Of a stretch of DNA of 64,000 bases, positions 47,495 through 56,657 are shown in pieces. A model generated the notes under the pieces. It did not search any database and was not told where the DNA came from. It saw only the letters and a list, made by a program, of their open reading frames with translations. Each line of letters opens with the position of its first letter. The stretch's first letter is position 1. Origin of the DNA: Bdellovibrionota bacterium (GTDB lineage: Bacteria > Bdellovibrionota > UBA1018 > CAIPTA01 > JAALKR01); NCBI GenBank assembly GCA_965207455.1, contig CBDBMJ010000001.1, positions 288,001 to 352,000 of the forward strand, given 5' to 3'. A program made the position numbers and the translations under genes.

Positions 47495-49974
47495 GTTTCT
47501 TTTTTTCTTCCCTGGGTCATGCTCAGGATACAGAAGAGCTTTTTTCGGGAAGAATAACAATTCATAAGAAGTTTGTGGAGAACCAAACAAAATTTCTTCT
47601 CAAGACTCAGCTTATTTCTCAGAGTGTTGTTGCGTTGGGGAATGCGAGAAAATCTTTTATTGTAACATTTGATGGTTGTGGGGAAAACAAATTATGTATG
47701 AATAACTCCACAGTTAATTTCGTTGATAGTAATTTATCACCTAGTTCTAGGATTGCTGACTTTACCGTAAAAGAAAGCACGGGGGATTCCATTGAGATTG
47801 ATTGGGCTGAAGGTATGAATAAATTTCCTATTCAGTCCGGTTGGTTTGGATCTGACGGTCAATTTTTTTCACCGGATGATTGGTCTTTGGCTGTTGAATC
47901 CAAGCCTTTGGAGTCAAAAACGATTGGCGATAAAATGGTTATTACCCAGTTGTTTACCGGTTCTCTTGATGGAAAAGAGGCTAATCTCAAGGTAAAATTT
48001 ACTTTAGAGCCTTATAAGAAGAATGAAAGTTTTATTCCCTACAGGGAAGCGTCTTATAAAAAGTTTTTAAATTTTGGTTATTTTGAAAGTTACCCTATTT
48101 TAGAGGAAAACACGGGGATTAATATTATTCATTCGAGTAAATGGGATAACAGTAAGCCCGTAGTTTTTCATATCAGCCATAATACTCCGGAGTATTTAAA
48201 GGAAGCAGTGAAAGAAGGTATTCTTTATTGGAATCGAGCTACCAAGGACGCTTCCTTGAGGCTTGAGGCAGTAGAGGAAAAGAGCGGTATAACGGCTCCT
48301 AGTGAGGGTTATAATATGGTTCAATGGGTGAATGCGGATAGCTTAGGATTTGCTTATGCAGATGCAAGCATGGAGCCGTTAACAGGGGAAATTCTTCAAG
48401 CTAATATTTATTTTTCCAGCACTTTTGTGGCTGGCACTAGAGATGCGGCACTGCTGTTGTTAAAAAGATGGAAAAATAATGAGATATCCATCACACATCC
48501 ATTTGAAGAATATTCTTTGTGTAAAAAAACAGATAAATATTTTCATTCTTATATAGAAGCACTAGAGACTGCGCTTATCTCTTTAAATGGAGAAGGAGAT
48601 GAACTTTTCCAAAAAATTTCTCAAGATTATGTACGCCTGGTTATGGCTCATGAAGTTGGTCATACGTTAGGGCTTCGCCATAATTTTGCTGGCTCTCTCC
48701 ATTCCAGTGTTTCCCGTTCACAGAGGGCAGATTTTTTTAAAGATTATTTGGAAGGAGAACTTGAGTCTACTGATTATTACTCAACCAGTACTGTAATGGA
48801 CTACAATGTTTTTTCGAGTTCATTAATTTATGGACATAGGATGCGAGTTGACCCTTCTTTTATGGGAGAATATGACCGCCTAGCTATTCAGAATTTATAT
48901 TTAAAAGAGATTAAGCAGACTGGAGAAAACCCCCTCCCTCTTTTTTGCACAGATTCCCATGTACTTAAATATATTGATTGTAATCGTTTTGATTATAACG
49001 CTTCGTTGGTTGAAGAATATTTCTATGATTTCTTTAATTTAGCGAAAATTCGTCGAGCAGAAATTTTTATAAATAATTTTTTAATCAGTAAATATGGCGA
49101 GAACCCTCAAGACAGGAAGCCTTTTGAGGATGTTGCAGTATCGTTGGATGCCTCTTGGGAAGCCACTGCCATGATTTCTCTTTTAACTCTTTTTGATGAA
49201 AAATCTAAATATATTAGTGTTGAGTCTCAATTCCCTAGAAACCAGCTTGGTTTAGAGGATAAGATTCAAGAGGTAAAATATAAATTATTAAGTGATCAGT
49301 TCCAACTTTTGGATAATGAGCACACAAACCCTTTCTTGGTTTTAATGCAATTGGCTTTTCCTGAAGATGGAACCTTATTTGACCAACAGATGGGTAAGGT
49401 AGAAAATCTACTGAATAGTAAGTATAAAGAGGATTTCACGGAAGAAGAAAAGACAATGGTATTGGAAAGAGCACGTAGGTACTTTGCTGTTTATGGCAAG
49501 GAAATGCCACGGGAACTCTTGCTCGCATTGAGTAAACCATTGGCTGAGTTAGACTTTAGTCGAGCTGATGATGATAATCATGGATTTGAGTGGTTAAATA
49601 AACTGCAAACAGCCTTAGAATATGCTGCGTTTCAAGTGGTAACAAAGCAATCTGAGGATAAGCTCCCTACTGCTCTTGATGTTAATGAATATGCCTATGA
49701 CTTTAAATTGCGAGAGATGGCTGCAGAAATTTTCTCTCTGTCGCCTCAAAGCAAGCTCAAGAGCACTTGGAATAGTAGTGGTAAAGTAAGTACAAGAGGA
49801 AAGCTTATGGAGCAATATGCTGAGTTGAAAAAGCTCTATGGTAATGATTTTTTTAGGCGAGTGCATGAGGATCGTTCCCATCTCCAGCCCTGGATTGAGC
49901 AGCAAAGGAAAATGATGAAACTTTTTCTTATTAAGGATACAGATCCACAGAGACCTTTGTATCATTTTTGGTAG
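47464..49974 (+). CDS. Secreted zinc metalloprotease (metzincin), copy 3
   Basis: Signal peptide, HEVGHTLGLRHNF and TVMDY Met-turn. Confidence 0.87.
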   Translation: MKIKILFLLPCFFFSSLGHAQDTEELFSGRITIHKKFVENQTKFLLKTQLISQSVVALGNARKSFIVTFDGCGENKLCMNNSTVNFVDSNLSPSSRIADFTVKESTGDSIEIDWAEGMNKFPIQSGWFGSDGQFFSPDDWSLAVESKPLESKTIGDKMVITQLFTGSLDGKEANLKVKFTLEPYKKNESFIPYREASYKKFLNFGYFESYPILEENTGINIIHSSKWDNSKPVVFHISHNTPEYLKEAVKEGILYWNRATKDASLRLEAVEEKSGITAPSEGYNMVQWVNADSLGFAYADASMEPLTGEILQANIYFSSTFVAGTRDAALLLLKRWKNNEISITHPFEEYSLCKKTDKYFHSYIEALETALISLNGEGDELFQKISQDYVRLVMAHEVGHTLGLRHNFAGSLHSSVSRSQRADFFKDYLEGELESTDYYSTSTVMDYNVFSSSLIYGHRMRVDPSFMGEYDRLAIQNLYLKEIKQTGENPLPLFCTDSHVLKYIDCNRFDYNASLVEEYFYDFFNLAKIRRAEIFINNFLISKYGENPQDRKPFEDVAVSLDASWEATAMISLLTLFDEKSKYISVESQFPRNQLGLEDKIQEVKYKLLSDQFQLLDNEHTNPFLVLMQLAFPEDGTLFDQQMGKVENLLNSKYKEDFTEEEKTMVLERARRYFAVYGKEMPRELLLALSKPLAELDFSRADDDNHGFEWLNKLQTALEYAAFQVVTKQSEDKLPTALDVNEYAYDFKLREMAAEIFSLSPQSKLKSTWNSSGKVSTRGKLMEQYAELKKLYGNDFFRRVHEDRSHLQPWIEQQRKMMKLFLIKDTDPQRPLYHFW

Positions 49975-49994
49975 GCACCTAAGAAAGAGTATTT

Positions 49995-51368
49995 GTGAGA
50001 AATTTCCGTTTTTACAACAAATACTCTGAAATTTTTTCTTGGTTCTGGCTTTCTTTACTCCTACTTAGTTGCTTTGATTATTTTTATCTTTCTTGGAAAG
50101 ATTCTTATGGGAACTTACTGGGTTTGTATGCCCTACAGTTTCTTCTTTTCTCAGCTATCATTTTGCATCAAAAAAAGTTTCATTTTACTGTATTTCAAAT
50201 ATTTTCTGCAGCCATTGTTTGTCGTTTGGTTTTGTTGTTTACAGAACCAGTTTTAGAGAATGATTATTTTCGCTATCTTTGGGATGGTCATGTTTTTTCC
50301 CAAGGAATTAGCCCATACGCATATGCTCCCAATCATCCATTTTTAGACTCCATTACCACAGGATATAGAAAATATATTTCTTTCAGCAACATTTCCACCA
50401 TTTATCCACCCTTTGCCCAATATGTATTTCTCATCTCCAATTTTTTGGCCCCACATTCTTTGATGGGCTTAAAAATTATATTCACACTATTTGATCTCGC
50501 TACAGGTATTCTTATTTTTTCTTGGATGAAAAAAAGAAATATTCATCCCACTTGGTCTCTTTTATATTTTTTAAACCCTCTTGTTTTTAAAGAGATAGCA
50601 AACTCTGCCCATATAGATTCCATTGCTGCATTTTTGAGCACCCTAGCACTATACTTTTTTTCTTATAAACGAAAGGCAGGGGCTTGGGTTATTTTAGGAC
50701 TAGCAACATGTACAAAAATTTATCCATTGGTGCTAGTGCCGATTTTTTTAATGTGGGATAAAAAAAGGATTCGAAATGGATTTTTATATCTTGCTACTAT
50801 TTTACTTCTCTACCTTCCTTTCCTCTACCAAGAAGGGTTATTGTTTTCAGGCACAAAAGCGTATGCTCGTACATGGGTATTTAATGCCAGCATATTTCAA
50901 ATTGCAAATTTTTTCCTCGATTTAATTGTTCAACCCTTTCAATCTATTCCTTGGGTAGCAAAGGCCCATGATTTTAGTTATTTTACTAAGGGTCTTATGG
51001 CAATTTTTTTCCTATTGGGGTCAACATATAAATTATATAAAATGAAAAGTGAGGAAGATATTCCAAGTACTGCACTTTGGATTTTAGGTTTGTTACTTAT
51101 TCTTTCTCCAGTATTAAATGCCTGGTATGTCCTTTGGCTGCTTCCACTAGCTTGCTTGGAACGAAGTGTTCCATGGTTAAGCTTTACTTTTCTTGTTGTG
51201 GGGGCCTATTCTTGGTTTTACTCCAAGGAATGGGTACTAACCTTCCGATCGTTAGAATATGGAATATTTTTTATGCTTCTAACCTACCCGTTTTGGAAAA
51301 GAGCTTGGAAGAATGGCATATCGAAATATAAGCCAAAGTATTTTAATTCCAGCACGGATAGTTCCTGA
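49995..51368 (+). CDS. Polytopic GT-C-type membrane glycosyltransferase (GT87/DUF2029-like)
   Basis: Many TM segments; DYFRYLWDG, TIYPP, LNPL..KE...AHID, KIYP and WY.LW. Confidence 0.75.
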   Translation: MRNFRFYNKYSEIFSWFWLSLLLLSCFDYFYLSWKDSYGNLLGLYALQFLLFSAIILHQKKFHFTVFQIFSAAIVCRLVLLFTEPVLENDYFRYLWDGHVFSQGISPYAYAPNHPFLDSITTGYRKYISFSNISTIYPPFAQYVFLISNFLAPHSLMGLKIIFTLFDLATGILIFSWMKKRNIHPTWSLLYFLNPLVFKEIANSAHIDSIAAFLSTLALYFFSYKRKAGAWVILGLATCTKIYPLVLVPIFLMWDKKRIRNGFLYLATILLLYLPFLYQEGLLFSGTKAYARTWVFNASIFQIANFFLDLIVQPFQSIPWVAKAHDFSYFTKGLMAIFFLLGSTYKLYKMKSEEDIPSTALWILGLLLILSPVLNAWYVLWLLPLACLERSVPWLSFTFLVVGAYSWFYSKEWVLTFRSLEYGIFFMLLTYPFWKRAWKNGISKYKPKYFNSSTDSS

Positions 51369-51986
51369 AATAGTACCTGTGATTTTAGATATACCCACCC
51401 GCTTTCGGTAGCGAACAGGTACTTCACCAACAGCAAGTTTCAGCTTCAGTGCTTTTATTTGCATCTCCACGGTCCAGCCAAAATTAGTGTCGCACATTTG
51501 GAGTTGTTCTAGGGCAGATGATCGGATGGCTCGAAATGGACCCAGGTCCGTGAAGCGATATCCAAATCGAAGTTGCATCAGGGTGGTGGCTAACCAGTTA
51601 CCCAAACGTGCTTGGGGAAGAAGGGCATTTTTTTCAGCTCTTTTTACACGGGAACCAATAACCAGATCTAATTTTTTTCTCTCCAGCGCATCCAGTAGAA
51701 TATGTATATCTTCAGGGTAGTCGCTATAGTCTCCATCTAAAAAAATATAAATATCGGGTTGGTACTGTTGAGCAGCGGCAATTCCCGTTAAGCAGGCTTG
51801 GCCATAGCCGCGACGCTTTTCCTCCACAACCGTAGCACTCATCCCACGGGCTACCTGTCCAGTATTATCTGTACTGCCATTATTCACCACAATAATGTGT
51901 TGGGCATATTTAGGTGGAATATCTCGAATTACCGAGGAAATGGATCGCTCCTCATTGAAGGCCGGGATAATGATTACATAGTCCAT
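51279..51986 (-). CDS. GT2-family glycosyltransferase (polyprenol-phosphate glycosyltransferase-like)
   Basis: Motifs IIPAFNEE, NNGSTDNT, GYGQAC, FLDGDYSD, TDLGPFRAI and GWTVEMQ. Confidence 0.88.
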   Translation of the reverse strand: MDYVIIIPAFNEERSISSVIRDIPPKYAQHIIVVNNGSTDNTGQVARGMSATVVEEKRRGYGQACLTGIAAAQQYQPDIYIFLDGDYSDYPEDIHILLDALERKKLDLVIGSRVKRAEKNALLPQARLGNWLATTLMQLRFGYRFTDLGPFRAIRSSALEQLQMCDTNFGWTVEMQIKALKLKLAVGEVPVRYRKRVGISKITGTISGTIRAGIKILWLIFRYAILPSSFPKRVG

Positions 51987-52082
51987 GCCCTTTCACTATA
52001 TCAGGAATCATGGCATGCAGGACAAATAAAAAATAGACGAAACTGGGAATGTTTTGTAGTCTAATTCTTTAGGGGGAGTTTT

Positions 52083-54233
52083 ATGAAAAAAAATCTTATA
52101 CGACTAGGTATGATTGCCACGATTGCTGGACTTATTTTGGTCTTTTGGGCCTATGATCTAGGGGAGTATTTGAGTTTTGCCAGCTTAAAGGCAAATCAAG
52201 CCCTATTGCAGGAAAATTATATGGAGAATAAGGGCGTATTTATCGCTCTTTACATGTTGATCTATATTATATCCACTGCAATTTCCTTGCCTGGAGCAAC
52301 CATTTTAACGCTGGCTGGCGGTGCTATTTTTGGTCTCACTTTGGGTACAATTTTAATTTCTTTTGCAAGTACTATTGGAGCCACCGGTGCTTTTCTTGTT
52401 TCCCGATTCCTATTGAAAGAGGCGTTTGAGAAAAAGTTTCGAGATAGGCTTGCTACAATTAATAAAGGAATTGAAAAAGATGGTGCATTCTATCTTTTTA
52501 CTTTACGTTTAGTTCCCTTGCTTCCATTTTTTGCCGTTAATATTTTAATGGGCTTAACAAAAATACGAGTCTTTACCTATTTTTTCACAAGTCAAGTGGG
52601 AATGCTCTTAGGGACGATAGTTTATGTAAATGCGGGAACGCAGCTTGCTCAACTGGAGTCGCTCGGAGGTATTCTTTCTCTACCCCTAATTTTATCTTTT
52701 TGTTTACTAGGTATATTTCCATGGGTTGCTAAGTTTATTGTGGGAATCGTAAAATCTCGTAAAATATATGCTAAATTTTCAGGAAAAAAGCCAAGAAAAT
52801 TTCAATATAATATGATTGTTATTGGTGCTGGTTCTGCCGGGCTAGTATCTGCTTATATTGCTGCTGCTGTAAAAGCAAAGGTGCTTCTTGTGGAAAGACA
52901 TAAAATGGGCGGAGATTGTTTAAATACGGGATGCGTGCCCTCTAAGGCACTTATTCGTTCTGCAAAAATGCTTTCCTATGCTAAGCGAGCCAAAGAGTTT
53001 GGCTTTCGTTCCACAACCGTGGATTTTAGCTTTTCTGATGTCATGGAACGGGTGCAATCGGTTATTAAAAAAGTGGAGCCACATGACTCCATGGAGCGCT
53101 ATAGAAGCTTAGGTGTGGAGTGTACTCAGGGAGAGGCCACGATTAAGGATCCATGGCATGTTGAAGTAGATGGCAAAGTCTATAGCACTAAAAATATTGT
53201 GGTTGCTACGGGAGCTCGTCCTTTGGTTCCAGACTTTCCCGGTTTAAAAAATATCGACTATCTTCATACCGATAATGTTTGGGAATTGAGAGAACTTCCT
53301 AAGCGTTTCCTTGTATTAGGAGGAGGACCCATTGGCAGTGAGCTAGCTCAGTGTTTTCAACGTTTGGGTTCTCAGGTGACGATTGTGGAGGGGCACAACA
53401 CGGTTTTAAATCGGGAAGACACCGAGGTTTCCACACTCATTACGGAGAAATTTAGGAAAGAAGGTATCAATGTACTTTCTGGACACATGGCCAAATCCTT
53501 TTCTGTGGATAATGGGGAAAAATCTCTTTTATGTGCAACAAAAGATGGAAAGGAAACTAGGGTGGTTTTCGACAAAGTGCTCATTGCTTTGGGTCGAAGA
53601 GCAAATGTAACCAGTGTTGGTTTAGAAAATTTAGGTGTGGAAATTACTCCAAGGGGCACCATAGAGGCAGATAGTTTTTTACGAACAAACTTCCCCAATA
53701 TTTATGTTTGTGGTGATGTGACAGGACCCTATCAATTTACCCACACGGCAGCCCACCAGGCATGGTTTGTGGCTGTAAACGCCTTATTCAGTCCTTTGAA
53801 AAAATTTCCTGTGGATTATCGAGTGATCCCTTGGTGTACATACACGGACCCTGAGGTGGCCCGTGTGGGTTTAAGTGAGCGGGAAGCTGGAGAGAAAGGG
53901 GTTGAGTATGAAGTTACCCAATACGGTATTGATGACTTAGACCGTGCTATTGCGGATAGTGAGGATCATGGTTTTATAAAAGTTCTCACGGTGCCGGGGA
54001 AGGATAAAATTTTAGGAGTAACTATTGTTGGTTCCCATGCAGGAGACCTTATTGTGGAATTTGTGGCAGCAATGAAACACGGTTTTGGTTTAAATAAGAT
54101 TTTAGGCACGATTCATATTTATCCCACGCTTGGGGAGTCCAATAAGTATGTGGCTGGAAATTGGAAAAAAGCCCATTCTCCCAAAAAAGTGTTAGAGTTT
54201 TTAGGTAAATTTCATGCATGGAGAAGAGGGTAA
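52083..54233 (+). CDS. VTT (TVP38/DedA-like) membrane domain fused to a pyridine nucleotide-disulfide oxidoreductase
   Basis: N-terminal SLPGA..LTL.GGAIFG and LRLVPL.PF; then GAGSAG, GGDCLNTGCVPSK, GGGPIG and HIYPTLGE. Confidence 0.9.
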   Translation: MKKNLIRLGMIATIAGLILVFWAYDLGEYLSFASLKANQALLQENYMENKGVFIALYMLIYIISTAISLPGATILTLAGGAIFGLTLGTILISFASTIGATGAFLVSRFLLKEAFEKKFRDRLATINKGIEKDGAFYLFTLRLVPLLPFFAVNILMGLTKIRVFTYFFTSQVGMLLGTIVYVNAGTQLAQLESLGGILSLPLILSFCLLGIFPWVAKFIVGIVKSRKIYAKFSGKKPRKFQYNMIVIGAGSAGLVSAYIAAAVKAKVLLVERHKMGGDCLNTGCVPSKALIRSAKMLSYAKRAKEFGFRSTTVDFSFSDVMERVQSVIKKVEPHDSMERYRSLGVECTQGEATIKDPWHVEVDGKVYSTKNIVVATGARPLVPDFPGLKNIDYLHTDNVWELRELPKRFLVLGGGPIGSELAQCFQRLGSQVTIVEGHNTVLNREDTEVSTLITEKFRKEGINVLSGHMAKSFSVDNGEKSLLCATKDGKETRVVFDKVLIALGRRANVTSVGLENLGVEITPRGTIEADSFLRTNFPNIYVCGDVTGPYQFTHTAAHQAWFVAVNALFSPLKKFPVDYRVIPWCTYTDPEVARVGLSEREAGEKGVEYEVTQYGIDDLDRAIADSEDHGFIKVLTVPGKDKILGVTIVGSHAGDLIVEFVAAMKHGFGLNKILGTIHIYPTLGESNKYVAGNWKKAHSPKKVLEFLGKFHAWRRG

Positions 54234-54927
54234 AAATATTTCCAAAGACATAAGTGTGGGTGTTGCCATATTTGTGAAAACTCCTGGCAAGTCCCCCATA
54301 AAAACACGGTTAGCTAAGACGGTTGGTAAGGAGGTAGCTGAGGAGTTTTACCTACATTCCACCGACGTATTATACGAGGTATGCCAGGCTGCTTGTGGCA
54401 AGTTTCAGGGGAAGGCAGATGTGTATTGGTCTATCGCAGAAAAAGAAAGCGATACGTACTGGAAGACGCTTCCTTGTATTTATCAAGGAGAGGGCGACCT
54501 CGGAGATCGAATGCACCAAGTATACCAGTTTTTATGTAAAAAATATTCTCACACGTTTCTATTGGGATCCGACTCTCCACAGATAATGCCAGAAGTATTA
54601 ATAAAAGCAATAGCTGCTTTAAAGGATGGTAATGATTTTGTAATAGGGCCAGCCCTAGATGGAGGGTTTTACTTGTTAGGGGGTTCCAAAGCAATACCTC
54701 TTAATGTTTGGAAAAATACGCCTTACAGTGATCCAAACACCATGGACATTTTTGTAAATAATTTAAATCCTTACGGAAAAATATTTTTTACTGGTCCTAC
54801 CTTTGATGTGGATACAGAGAAAGATATGCACTTACTGCAGCAAACACTTCAGCGTAACAAGAAAAAAGGTCTTTCTTCTCAAAACAAGTTATTGGAGTGG
54901 CTTAGATTACTGACTATGGATACGTAA
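54214..54927 (+). CDS. DUF2064/TIGR04282-like nucleotide-diphospho-sugar transferase-fold protein
   Basis: Motifs FVKTPG..IKTRLA, QGEGDLGDRM, GSDSP, GPALDGGFYLLG and DVDT..D. Confidence 0.85.
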   Translation: MHGEEGKNISKDISVGVAIFVKTPGKSPIKTRLAKTVGKEVAEEFYLHSTDVLYEVCQAACGKFQGKADVYWSIAEKESDTYWKTLPCIYQGEGDLGDRMHQVYQFLCKKYSHTFLLGSDSPQIMPEVLIKAIAALKDGNDFVIGPALDGGFYLLGGSKAIPLNVWKNTPYSDPNTMDIFVNNLNPYGKIFFTGPTFDVDTEKDMHLLQQTLQRNKKKGLSSQNKLLEWLRLLTMDT

Positions 54928-54952
54928 AAATATTTATTATGTAGACATATAT

Positions 54953-54982
54953 TTGACAGGGCGTGATAGGTTTTGTTATTAT
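54953..54982 (+). promoter_or_regulatory. sigma70 promoter of the sigma54 activator gene
   Basis: TTGACA-18 bp-TATTAT with TG before the -10. Confidence 0.55.
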
Positions 54983-55129
54983 TTTAATGTGAGTTGTTAC
55001 TGTTCTTTTTTTTGTTAAATTATATATTGTATATGTTTTAAGCCTTGGAGACTAGGATAGGATCCATGGCATTTAATACGGCAGGTTTTCCTGTCGGATA
55101 CGGGTATATATATCTAGGAGGGATAATGT

Positions 55130-56524
55130 ATGTTAAAAAAATCGGTTTTATTAGTTCATGAAGGCTCGTCTGTACGGTGCGCGCTTTCTAAACTATTAAG
55201 ACTGAGTAAGTATGAGGTTACGGCAGTTTCAACATACAATGAAGCAGTTGATGTTTTTAGAAATAAAAAATATAATCTTATCGTATCTAGTTCATCTCTT
55301 TCAGACGGTAACGGGCTAGAACTGATACAAAAATTGCAAAAAGAAAATAGTAATTTAAGAGCAATTGTTACAATAAATTCGGTAGAAGTTTCAGAGGAAA
55401 TCAAAGAGAGTGGAATTTCACACTACACCATTAATCTTTTGAAAAAAGGAGAATTTACTGGCTTAGTAAAAAGTATTTTGAAGGGATGTGAAAAACTTTC
55501 TTCAACTGGTCAGAATGGAAAGAAAAACTCCCCACAAATAAATAAAAATTATTTAAACGGTTTTGTGAGTAAGTCGGATACAATGATGCAAATATTCGAT
55601 TTAATTAATAAAGTTGCTGATTCAGATTCTACTGTACTCATATCTGGAGAGTCGGGTACAGGAAAAGATCTTGTGGCAAGAGCGTTACACTATCATTCAT
55701 CTAGATTTAATAAAGCTTTTATTCCGGTAAATTGTGCAGCTATTCCAAGAAATCTTTTAGAGAGTGAATTATTTGGCTATGTAAAAGGAGCGTTTACAGG
55801 AGCTATTTCCGATAGAATAGGAAGATTTCAAGCAGCTGATAAGGGCACATTATTTTTAGATGAAATAGGAGATATGCCTCCAGAGCTGCAAGTTAAGCTG
55901 CTTCGATTTTTGCAAAATAAAGAATTTGAGCCAGTGGGGTCCATAAGCTCCATGTCTTCTGATACTAGAATTATTGCAGCAACTAATATTGATTTAGATC
56001 AAGCAGTAGCAAGCAAATTATTTAGAGAGGATTTATACTATCGATTGAATGTGATACCCATATGTGTGCCACCATTAAGAGAGCGTAAGAATGACATTCC
56101 ACTGTTAGTTGAAGAGTTTTTAAAGCAATTTAACAAAGAAAGAAAATATGATGTTTCCATAAACAGCACTGAGTCCATGAATATATTGAAGCAATACTCT
56201 TGGCCGGGGAATATTCGAGAGTTAGAGAATTTAATTCAACGGCTTGTTATTTTAAAACAATCGGGAGATATTGAGCCAAAAGACTTTCCTAAAAAAATGT
56301 TTCTAGATAAATTTAAAATTAGTAACTCACAAAAATCTTTTATAGATTTTGAATTACCCGAAGAGGGCGTTAATTTTAAGGAATTAGTAAATTCCTTTGA
56401 GGATCATCTCCTCCAGCAAGCACTATCTAGAACCGATGGAAATAAGAACAAAGCAAGTGAGTTGCTTAGATTGAATCGAACCACGCTTGTGGAAAAAGTA
56501 AAAAGGCGACAAATCAGTAAGTAG
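55130..56524 (+). CDS. sigma54-dependent enhancer-binding protein with degenerate receiver domain (FleQ/FlrA-like flagellar activator)
   Basis: GESGTGKD, ARALHYHS, ESELFG, GAFTGA, LFLDEIG, FREDLYYRLNV, WPGNIREL and a Fis-type HTH; upstream of the flagellar operon. Confidence 0.9.
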   Translation: MLKKSVLLVHEGSSVRCALSKLLRLSKYEVTAVSTYNEAVDVFRNKKYNLIVSSSSLSDGNGLELIQKLQKENSNLRAIVTINSVEVSEEIKESGISHYTINLLKKGEFTGLVKSILKGCEKLSSTGQNGKKNSPQINKNYLNGFVSKSDTMMQIFDLINKVADSDSTVLISGESGTGKDLVARALHYHSSRFNKAFIPVNCAAIPRNLLESELFGYVKGAFTGAISDRIGRFQAADKGTLFLDEIGDMPPELQVKLLRFLQNKEFEPVGSISSMSSDTRIIAATNIDLDQAVASKLFREDLYYRLNVIPICVPPLRERKNDIPLLVEEFLKQFNKERKYDVSINSTESMNILKQYSWPGNIRELENLIQRLVILKQSGDIEPKDFPKKMFLDKFKISNSQKSFIDFELPEEGVNFKELVNSFEDHLLQQALSRTDGNKNKASELLRLNRTTLVEKVKRRQISK

Positions 56525-56626
56525 GATTTTTATATAAACGCCACTATTTTGACTGATTTCTTCAATAGTTGTCACTATTTCTAAAAGAATAAACTCTAAG
56601 TAATCATTATTATTAAAAAAAATAAT

Positions 56627-56641
56627 TGGCACAGTTATTGC
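56627..56641 (+). promoter_or_regulatory. sigma54 -24/-12 promoter of the TPR-flgBC-fliEFGH operon
   Basis: Exact TGGCAC-N5-TTGC (TGGCACAGTTATTGC). Confidence 0.88.
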
Positions 56642-56657
56642 TCTATATTGCCGTAGG

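Noticed and set aside
30224..49974. CRISPR array or prophage among the repeats
   Set aside because: The repeats are long coding or intergenic duplications; no short repeat-spacer periodicity, cas genes or phage genes were seen.
51279..51368. 90-bp convergent overlap of the GT-C and GT2 genes as a regulatory device
   Set aside because: Short tail-to-tail overlaps recur in this window (23537-23589, 36149-36157) and nothing indicates a specific function.
52083..54233. Mercuric reductase (merA) or dihydrolipoamide dehydrogenase call
   Set aside because: It has no C-terminal Cys-Cys or NmerA domain and no mer or pdh context, and it carries a VTT membrane domain.
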